This document shows, in pieces, positions 10,780 to 19,883 of a stretch of 29,509 nucleotides of DNA. The position numbers and the translations under genes were made by a program. The notes under the pieces were generated by a model. The model saw only the letters and a list, made by a program, of their open reading frames with translations. It was not told the origin of the DNA and ran no database searches. This DNA comes from Psammoneis japonica (Eukaryota), in assembly GCA_008632985.1 (NCBI GenBank), contig QPGO01000239.1:62001-91509 (forward strand), written 5' to 3'. Numbering within the stretch: the first letter of the stretch is position 1; every line of letters begins with the position of its first letter.

Positions 10780-11560
10780 ATTTTGCAGCCTGCTAGAAAT
10801 GCCTTGGAGCTTGCTGCTGGCAAGTTCCCATCTTTCAAGCCCACATCAACAATTGGAAACAAAGTCCTTGCCAGGACCGCTTCAAAAGCATGTGTGGTCA
10901 TCACACCAACCCATCATGTGGAGAGGGCTTGACCCCAGTTGCCTGGACCACCTTGGACTGCACAAGTGAAAAAGACCAAGACATCACCAGGATCTGATGC
11001 AGACCAATTCAACTTGTCTTTGCCATCTGTGGACATTTCTGTTTTGTCAGCAAAGTGTTGTGGATTGTGGTTGCTTCCAGCCACAAACTGGAGATCTTCC
11101 TTGGGGCTGACAGAATTGTGTGGAACAAAGACAGAGGCAACTTGTGCTCCCTTGAGTCTTCCAACATCTGCCATTCTGATGCCATGACATTGTGGTGTTG
11201 ACACTCCCTCCTCTTTGACAAAGAGAGCTGGTTGCACAAATGCCTCATGGTTGGCGAGCCCATGACATTTCCAGCAATGGCAACAACAGGGATCGTGCAA
11301 AGCAAATGCAGCAAACAGGGGGGGGTGACAACCAGAGGTTTGCAACAAAAATGCTGGGAATGGTTGGCCTTTTCAGGTGTTTGACACAAGGCCCCGCCTC
11401 ATCCTCTCTTGGGCATCCACTGCACAGCAAGTCCAGCCACTTCTTTGAAAATGAACTGGGAACTTTGGTCATGCCTGTGTGGCATTGTGCTCATGAACCA
11501 TGGCTTGTGTCACCTGCCTTGTTGCCGTCTCTGCTTCTTTTTGCAGTCAGTGCCTTGGTC
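10780..11560 (-). pseudogene. Decayed phytanoyl-CoA dioxygenase (PhyH-like 2OG-Fe(II) oxygenase) gene
   Basis: Pieces read KVPSSFSKKWLDLL, FVKEEGVSTP, SVFVPHNSVSPKEDLQFVAGSN, and DPGDVLVFFTCAVQGGPGNWGQALST* (expected PGDvlvF...vHgapgN..RAlstRw.gdd). Frameshifted; ends approximate. Confidence 0.62.
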
Positions 11561-11879
11561 ACAACTCTTTGCATGGAAGGTTTGTTGGGGTTGCATTTTT
11601 GTGAAAAAAAAAGTGGCCGCACTGCACCACAAGGTGCAGCATTTGTCAACTGCATGGAATCCCATGCAAAGCATGCCCATCAGTTCTCTCACTGCCACAT
11701 TGCAGTGCACTTCCCAACACTTAAAGTGAAGGACAAGCTGCACCCATCCGTGCTGCACCATGCTCCACTGACAACCAGCTCTGCCTGCTCTGATCTTGGG
11801 GGGCAAACTCACATTTGCAGTTTGCTTTTTCACCCCAACTTGTCCATTGGCACAGTGTCCTGACAATCTGCAAATCCAG

Positions 11880-13400
11880 GGACTGCTGCTGGATGAGCCA
11901 TTTCATGCTCAACATGATTGTTCTTCAGTCTCCAGCAACAAAGCGCAAGCTGCACCTTCGTGTGCAACCCTTGGGGTGCCTCTCAAGTGTGCTCTGGGTG
12001 TGAAAGAATGTCCAAGTGAAAGTCCTCTAAAAGTTCTCTTGACTTGGGGTGCATTTGATCCTCACCCCAATCATTGAGAGCAAAGCTTTTCCCTTTCATT
12101 TGAGTCCTTCTCAATCAAAATGTTGTGTTTGGCAATGTGTCTCCATGTCAAAGCTTTGCTTCATTGGTGCTCAATGCAGTGGTTTTCCTCCAAAGTTCTT
12201 GAAACATTTTGTTGAATTTTGTCAAGTTTCCATGTCACAGGGCTTTCAACATGAATCAACAGGCAGCAACAACTCTCTGAGACAGTGGAGGCAAGATCTG
12301 GGTGGGTGTGAAGGACATCTTTTTGTCATTTAGAGGCTCCATGCTTTCCCTGAATTGAGCACCACAACAGAAGAAAATTTTGATTGGAAGGCATCATGCT
12401 GAGAAAGTTTGGTCCTTCTAGATCTCCTCCTTCTGCTCACAAAGATGTGGATCCCCATGACTTCCCAAGCTCTGTTCTTTCCAGAACATCAGAAAACAGG
12501 AGCTGCCACCCCCCACTGCACTCTAAATCACAATGCTTTCAGCAGAAGACATTGGAGCCAAAGTCTTGTGGTGCAATGAGTCACACTGGAGAAGCACTCC
12601 AGATGATGCGTGTGGTCTTCTTCTCCCACAGCATTTCTTTGATGAGGAACTGGTTGAGAAGCTTGCCAACAATGGCAACATCATTGTCCAGAGATGCATC
12701 TCTTCAAAACAAGTTGGACAAGGCATTCTGCTGAAGCATCTGGGAAGAGACAGCTTCAAAAAACAGGTGCAGCACCGTGCATCAGATGCCAGCCTCCCAA
12801 GTCAATTTTGTTTCCCCACTGCTTCAGATGACAGCTGAAAGGACCACAAATGATGAACCTCTGCTGCCAGCTGCTGAAACTTTGCAAGAACAAACAGAGG
12901 AGGAGCATCAAGCATGTGCCATGCTGCATCAAAGCTTTGCCAACACAGAAATTTTCATTGTTCTTGGTCTCGCCCATCACAGCATCTCTGTCATCATCAT
13001 CAGTGCTTGCAATGATGCACACACTGGGTCTTGAGGTTGCTTGAACAAAGAGCTTGGCTTGGCTTGGAAGCCTGCAGCCTGCACTGCCTGAGCAGCTTCT
13101 TTGCCAACTGGGTTTGCTTTTGAAAAATGGTTTCTCATGTGCAAATCCAGAGCAGTTTTCATGTCCTTCTTTTGGCACAAAAACCACCCAGGTTGGCAAT
13201 GTGCTCAAGCTTGACAAAAAAATGTTTTTTTTTGGCAGCTTCCTGGATTCTCTGGAGGAGTGGCAATGTTTTGCAGAACAGACATTGCGCTGAACACCCT
13301 GTGCTGCTGCAAACCACTCTTTGTTGTTCCTTTCAGTGAATCTGCAGCTGCCTTCACAAAATCCTTGTTGGCTTCACTGCCACCACACCGACGCTGCTGT
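11880..13400. other. TpA- and CpG-depleted decayed sequence, probably formerly coding, unidentified
   Basis: Protein-like fragments on the + strand (12533..12838, 12777..13034) but no family recognised. No TpA between 12526 and 13547. Confidence 0.4.
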
Positions 13401-13891
13401 GCTGGCTTGTGCTCACCAGTGTCACATGAGTGACCACCCTGTCTGAATTCTCAGTGGCTGCACATCATTCCTGCTTGGATTGGGATCTCTGTCAGGCCAT
13501 GAGCAACGCTTGTGCTCAACGCAAGCGGGGCCCCTCGTTTTCCATTTTACAAGCTTTTTGTGTTGTCTGTTTGGCATTTCACGTGGCATGAGCGAGGGTC
13601 GACAATGACCCGCGATCATGCAATGTGGCAACAAGCACTGGACAGAGTGAGTCTTCAAAGAGCTCTGGAAAAGTGGCAGTGTCTCACCTCCATTTATTGA
13701 AAGGGACTCAACATCGCTGCAGAGTGAGCAATGTCTGTTGAGAAGAAGGTCCCTGATCGACCACCACCGAACTGAGAGTGTCGCTCTTCGCTCGGTTGGT
13801 CGGGCTCCGCTCCGGCTCCTGAGGAGGAGTGGTGTCGCGTTTTTGAGTCCCGCAAGCATGGCAAACGGCAACGTCCGCCACGACTTCGTAG

Positions 13892-13939
13892 GCCCCACTG
13901 TGCCGGTGGGGCATTACTCGAGGTCTCTACTCTAGCTAG
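13892..13939 (+). mobile_element. Possible Helitron-like 3' terminus (GC hairpin followed by CTAG) at the right edge of block 1
   Basis: Hairpin GCCCCACTG-TGC-CGGTGGGGC at 13892-13912 (single mismatch explicable as CpG->TpG). CTCG at 13917-13920, CTAG at 13932-13935 and 13936-13939. No Rep/helicase coding sequence seen. Confidence 0.35.
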
Positions 13940-13947
13940 AGTAGAGA
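13924..13947. repeat. Perfect 24-bp palindrome TCTCTACTCTAGCTAGAGTAGAGA inside a TAG/CTA-rich patch
   Basis: Read directly: TCTCTACTCTAG followed by its reverse complement CTAGAGTAGAGA. Confidence 0.9.
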
Positions 13948-14255
13948 GTAGAGGCTACTTCAGCTAGTAGTAGATTTCATTCTTTATGCAGTAGCATGTT
14001 TGCAGAATGATCGGTGTGTAGGCAGTTCATCCGGGCAACAAGCACGGTACTATTCTTCTGCTATCTAGCTAGGGCTACGATACATACTGTAGAGGCTTTC
14101 TCTCTGGAGAACACGCAACGCTGGCAGGAAGCTGTGGCGCGGATAACTTTGGAGTTTCAGCATCAGGGTCTTCTGTCCTTGTTCGTTACATCTATGAAAC
14201 GAAGCTTAGAAAACTAAACTTTGCGGTTTCAGAAATTCATAAAGAACGTATTATT

Positions 14256-14857
14256 TTAACAGCTAAGAGGACGTGTCCGACCAATTGTTTGATGACACGT
14301 CGGACACGAGTGAACACTGGTATAGCAACACGGGAGCACTAACGGTAGCCAAAAGAGCGGCCAACAAATGAATATCATGAGCACGGTGGCCAAAACAGTC
14401 ATCCAGTCTATTCGAAGCCGCACACGCGTTGATATGCTTTGTTGGCAATTTGGACATGTGATTCGTTCTGACCTTCTGAAAACAAAAGCAACGAGTGAGA
14501 AAAGAATGAGATCGTCACATGCTTCCGCCACTTTGAAAAGAACTGGCGCAAATCAGTTTTCTTACCGACCCAAGTTACCATAGACGCGTCCGGGTGCCAC
14601 TGGTATAACAGTGTGTTGATCAGCATACGCAAATGTGGTCGTGGATGACATTGGGGGGCCAGATGATGGCGGACTACTCGCCGGTATCGGCGTCGATGGG
14701 TATGGATACGCATGAGTAGACGAGTTGACTCCATGACTTGATGTGGAACCGTAGTTTGTATCGAATTCCTGAGGAGGTGCCGAAGGAATTGCGTCAACCT
14801 CCATGTCTGGCTCCATGGGAACCGCGTCCACCAATGGGATCGGAGCGTCAACACCAC
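14256..14857 (-). CDS. LITAF-like zinc-ribbon membrane-associated protein with a Pro-rich N-terminus; intron 14565-14476; start uncertain
   Basis: CPNC...hydrophobic hairpin (ICWPLFWLPLVLPCC)...HSCPTC is the LITAF pattern. A 90-nt GTAAG..CAG intron joins ORFs 14562..14867 and 14256..14531 in frame. Possible acceptor at 14858, or an internal Met start near 14815. Confidence 0.85.
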
Positions 14858-15624
14858 CTGCAAGCAACCATTTAAGAATAAATCGTGAGCAAGAATCAGC
14901 ATCAACATCGACACATGCTATAAGCGTTCAAGGCTAAATATATATTATGCGTGAGTCAGAAGTCAGAACGCTTGTTCTCTCTAGAGAGAGTGGCTCTCCT
15001 CTCTAGAAGACAGGTTTTCGTTATTGACACCCCGCAACGAGACCCACAGAATCATGAGTGGATGTATTTTCCAACAAAGTACTGTATTTTGTTGGATACA
15101 ATGCCTGTTGAAGTTTTTTCCATCACATACCTTGTGTCATGTTTGACGTGAAAGTTTTATCGTACTTTTAAGAACGGTGCTTGTCTGGTTTTGCTAAACA
15201 AGCTGATGCGTTGCAGGAGATGATGAGCATCTTCCAACTTGACGACGACTACTCTTGACTCGATATTTGGATTGAGGACTGACGAGAACGGCAAAAAACA
15301 CGACTCAAAATTCATTTAGTCGAACTAATCCGTTTTGGCGCGAAAAAATGATGAGTCAGGGACAGCCACGTGAACGCTTGTGCATGCGAGACTCCGTGGC
15401 AGCTGACGACTTTGGCGTCAAGACACGCAGACACCAACACAACACATTTTGGCGGGATGAGACAAACGACGCGCAGTCAAATAAAGAACACGTCATTCAC
15501 GGTATCTCAGTGTGAGAGCAAAGTGCTCCTAGGGTATTGTTGTGATTGCTGACTGCTTCGCTGACAACGGCGATCGAAACACACGCACTATTTGCATTTT
15601 ACTGACCCATATCACTTTTTCGTC

Positions 15625-16427
15625 ATGTTGAGATTCACTGCCGTTGTCCTCGCCGTAGTTGTGGCTGCATGCGCCGTTGCTCCTATCCAAGGCTTTGCTC
15701 CTTCGGGCACAACGTGCAAGCCTGTTGCCTTTACTAGAAACGCTATCAGACTACACGCCGAAGAGGGTGGTGATGCCGTGTTTGTTCCTCCTGAAGAAAC
15801 CCAAGAAGAAAATGATGATACCTTTGAAAAGGTGGAATCACTTGGTCGAGGATCAGCCAAGGTAAGAATCCTTTCTGTCCCCTCTTTTTCGATCTTGAAG
15901 TGATGTTTGCCGTATCTTACTCTCTGCATTTTCTCACTACGCACTTGCAGAAAAAGCGTGGTCGTCGTAAGAGTGGAAGTGCCGAGGGATCGAAGGTACG
16001 AAAATCGGCAGCATCCCTTGCACCGGAAGAAGTTTTCTATGAAGGTCCGCCAGCGATTACCGAGACGATTGCTCCCACGGCTTCCATTGTGACTGTGATT
16101 GGCATTATCCCCGCCGCGGCAGCTTGGGCCCGTCAGGCTTGGGTTCGTTATAAGATTACAACCCGTCGTATCCGCGTCACATCCGGAATCGGCGGCAAGG
16201 ACATGGCCGAAATTGTCTACCCGGACATTGTAGAGATCCGAACCGCCAAGCGTCTCTTTGGTGACGGCGACCTTGTGGCATTTCTGCGTGACGGAGCCAA
16301 GTTCGAGATGCGCAACATACCGAATTTTGAAGAAGCCATGGAATTCATTCTCAAACAAGTGGATCCCCAAGTTGCAGCCACTTACAGGGAAAAGGGCGAT
16401 GTCACCAACCCGGAACCTAAGGAATAG
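15625..16427 (+). CDS. Plastid-targeted bacterial PH-domain (bPH_2/YdbS-like) membrane protein; exons 15625-15861 and 15951-16427
   Basis: Signal peptide plus IQG-FAP (ASAFAP-type) and a transit-like segment. Phase-0 GTAAG..CAG intron at 15862-15950. EEVFYEGPP..WVRYKITTRRIRVTSG..GDLV..LRDG.KFE resembles the cyanobacterial-type PH-domain family. Confidence 0.78.
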
Positions 16428-16712
16428 AGTCCGCAGCTGATTTCAACACACAATACACATTTGCAACTGCACGTAATTTGAAAGCTATTTAGTAAACAAA
16501 ATCTTTTTTATGCTTCTGTTACTTGCTGTTTGTATGATTCGCTAACCCTCGCTTTTCCTCAATTTTGATATCTAGTTAGCTTGGTTGGCAATACGAATAC
16601 ATGCTACACTGCTGTTCCATGGCATTGTAATTGCATCCAACGTTGCTCGTTCGATCCTTATCACAGGCCTCCCCTTTGCAAGGCTGAAGAGGGAAAGGAA
16701 CAAAATAGAGAA

Positions 16713-17881
16713 CTATAGTTTCTTCATCCGGTCATCTAGATCCAACATGTTCTGTTCCATCGTCTTTAGATTGTCTCCCATTCCTGCCTCGAGCTGCGTG
16801 AGAGTCTCCTCTAAGTTTTTCAAGGTTTGTTGAGACGCTCCCGCAGCTTGCTCTGCGGCAGTCAATCGAGCGCTGAAGGTTCCTGTCTGTTTGTGAAGCG
16901 ACGCCAGTTCCTGCAGACGAGTCACCAGTGCCGGTAAATGATCGGATACACCCTCCAATTGAATCATGAGATTGTACAGTTCATCAATCTTCTTTGCATC
17001 CTCGGTGCTGGTGCTGCCGGTGGTTGAAAGTTTCGCACGCGCCTTACTAGCAGCCTCTAAGTCCGCTCTTTTGTTAACCAAGAATAGATAAACACAAAAA
17101 TAGGGAACTAATCAGGACCAACAAAATACCGCAGTAGTTTAGCAAGCACTTACAGGACACTGGCTGCAACTTACCGAATAACTTTAGCTCGTGTCGCTGC
17201 TTCTTCGAGTGACTTGGGTTCAACGCTCTTGATCATTTTCTCCACCTCATCAAGTCTTGCAAAGAATGTCTTTGAAGACCCCGCCTCGGAAGATCCCAAG
17301 ATTTGCTCCAATTTGCAGAGTCGTTCCTCTGCACTCGATGTTGGAGGGCCGCCGTCCGTGCTGGGTGCACCATAGAGCTCATAAACAATACCTTCTGGTT
17401 TGTCCTCGTCCTGATCGTCATGAGTCCACCGTTTTGCCTTCCATCCCTCAACTTGCTTTTGTAGACTCTGCGTAAGTCGACCCTGCTGTGTGTTATTGTT
17501 GGATGAGGCAGCTTCAACACGTGCCGCCAGCTCGGACGCAGCCAATGTAAGTTCTTCTGGCGTAGCCGCAGCATCGGAATCAAGATCTTTTTCCAACTGC
17601 GCAACTTCTTCTTTAAGGCGTGCTAAGCGCTCCAGGGGAGTTTCAGTGTATCGGGTGACGACACTCCTTCCGGTCAGCGATGGAGCATAGACCTTTCCAG
17701 AAAAGACCTCAAAGGCTTGCGTCGCACCAACTCCGTCGCCGCTGTCCAGCACATCGTCTCCTGTTTTCTCTGGAATTGGAACCGATGGAGGTCGTGGAGC
17801 AGGTATTGGTGGAAGACCATCACTCGAAAATACAGCCTCTCCACCAGCCTCGTCGGCAGCGTCGGCGGGAGTGCTGCTCAT
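16713..17881 (-). CDS. DCTN2: Dynamitin (dynactin subunit 2/p50)-like; exons 17881-17175 and 17067-16713
   Basis: ETPLERLARLKEEVAQL, IVYELY, EERLCKLEQILG, KKIDELY, LPALVTRLQELASLH, and a C-terminal NM..LDDRMKKL. A 107-nt GTAAG..AAG intron at 17174-17068 keeps the frame. Confidence 0.82.
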
Positions 17882-18379
17882 GGTGCTCTAGTAGCACAAT
17901 CTCTGCGTGTTATTTTGTGTGTTGGGGGTTGGAGGTTGGAGTGTGCGGAGAACGGGACACGAGGTTTTTTGTGGAGCCAGGCAGGGTTGCACGAGTTTTT
18001 GTACGAAATCTTAGTTTTCACGAGCTCTCCGAATTCTTACATTGCATGATGAGAGATTGGGGGATGTCTTCGGAAGTGAGACTGTCGAAGAAAGTTACGT
18101 AGAATTTGTAATAAAACATTCTGTCAATCAGTGCGATTGGGTATTTGGGATCTCTGGACAGATCCTACGTGTTTTCTTGTGCGTACAAAATATACTGGGA
18201 AAACCCCAAACGCACTGGCGATCAGACCGCCTTCGACGATCTCACTTCCAAAGACGCCCCCCAAGATGGCAAATCACGGTCCCGGCGGCGGAACATGCAC
18301 GCCCTGCCTTCGATTTACCTCCTCTCTCCCCGCCCCCACCTCGTCCAGCCCTTCTACTAAACGCCCTATGTCCTGCGCT

Positions 18380-19620
18380 TGCTGCCCATTTTGTTCTTCC
18401 ATCACTGCAGCTCTCTCCGTGCCTCCTTCTGCTGTCCCCTTCTGCTCTGCATGGGCTCCTTAACTCTGCACTCAGTTTAAAGTGGTGCTGGCCTGGGGCT
18501 GGCAGCGCACGCCAGCACAACTTTTGGTTTTGTGCACTTGCATCGCCCCACAAACCAACAGCACAAAATTTGCACAGTGCCGCAGGAAGCAGGAACTCCC
18601 TGTGCACACGAAAGCTTGCAACACCCACAGGAGCCCTCCCCAGGTTTGTGTTTGTGGCACAACAAGAGGCGCTGCTGTGAAGAGCTGGGCAGTTCGCACC
18701 AGGTGCAACAGGTGTGTTTGACACAACTTTGCAAGAGCTGGCTGCACCTTGCAGAAGCAGCTGTTGAAGTCCTCAGTTGAAGCAAGTTGGGGAACTTTGG
18801 AGACCAGGAGATTTGATTTGCAGCTCAGAGCCTGCAATGACACAAACTGAAGAGGTGCTTCTTTTCCATCATGCCAGAGCATTGAGCATCTGCACATTTT
18901 CTGCTTGCACTGTGAACATGTCTCATGCATTCTCACATGGTCCAATGACCATGCATTGTGCATGTGAGATGGAACAACAATGACAGGCACAAAAAAAAGG
19001 TTTGGTGGTGGCAGCAGCAGGGAGCGGCTGTGCCTCTGTCTTCAGCTGGCACCAGCATCAGCCCAGGATGAGGACCCATGCTGCTGCCAGCTGAGCTGCT
19101 GGTGCACACCAAGCAAATGTGTCCCACTGGGGGTTTCACCCAACTCTCAGTCACTGGCTCACCCCGGCTTTGTTTTGATCTCTCAGGATGAGCAGCTCTC
19201 CCATTTTTGCAGCACAGCTTTGCCTCTCCCTCTCCATGATGCAAGGGTGTGACATGCAAGAGATGCCTGTTCTTCCCTCTTGCTCAGTCACAGAAAATGG
19301 GTTGTTATCAGCAGAACATGCAGAGTGGGAGAGAGTGCTGCAACAGAGGCCAGTGCAGCATGTGTGGTGCTGGAAACACAGCAAGACTGCGCAACAGATC
19401 TCAGGGCAATGGCCATGTGCGCAAAAATGCAGCAGCACCAGCGTGCACCATGGAAGCACAGGGGAACTCTGGCGGTGGCTCAGTGACTTGCTGGGCACAT
19501 GAGGGGTGAGGAGCATCTGCGCGCATGGCAGAATGTGCGCGCCATTGACACACCATCAACACAAGCATGACAACACAAGCAGAGGCACAGTGCACACACA
19601 TGCACACATGACAACATGCA
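18380..19620. other. TpA-depleted decayed repeat-like sequence upstream of the Gypsy remnant, unidentified
   Basis: Only one TpA (19306) between 18480 and 19620. The CA/TG-rich stretch at 19550-19620 may be a formerly TA-rich LTR-like segment. No protein family recognised. Confidence 0.45.
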
Positions 19621-19883
19621 ACAAGTGGGGTCAGAAAAACTTCAACACAATTGACTGCATGTGATCAACAAATGCAAGCCAATGGGGAATTTTCATGATT
19701 CCTCATTTGCATGACTCCACTTTTCCAGAGATGAAACTGGCCTCACAATTTTCACCAAAAATGACTCTTGACAACTTGCTGTTTTCATCACTGGCAAATG
19801 GTGCACAAGGCACAGCAATGTTGCTCCTGCGCAAGTGTGTGACAGTCACTGCTTCAGTCAAACCACTGATTGGCAAACCAACC

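Noticed and set aside
9000..13400. Classical RIP or simple 5mC deamination as the sole explanation of the TG/CA excess
   Set aside because: RIP raises TpA, and CpG decay does not remove it. CpG decay is present but additional; the 5.2-8.4 kb element lacks TpA while keeping CpG.
13422..13898. Chromodomain-like fragment (..KLVKWKTRGP..SWP)
   Set aside because: Too short and degenerate to support.
8388..13900. Dozens of overlapping 60-250 aa ORFs in all six frames (also 18.2-22.3 kb and 28.5-29.5 kb) as novel Cys/His-rich small proteins
   Set aside because: Artefact of TpA loss: TAA and TAG stops vanish on both strands and Tyr codons become Cys/His. The recognisable pieces are frameshifted relics.
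5250..13920. Alternative genetic code or foreign (viral/HGT) DNA with Tyr avoidance
   Set aside because: Depletion is frame- and strand-independent, covers non-coding DNA, and affects unrelated elements with broken ORFs, so it is mutational rather than translational.
15612..16370. Long antisense ORFs (also 2127..2615, 5808..6446, 25393..25962)
   Set aside because: Shadows of better-supported genes or pseudogenes on the opposite strand.
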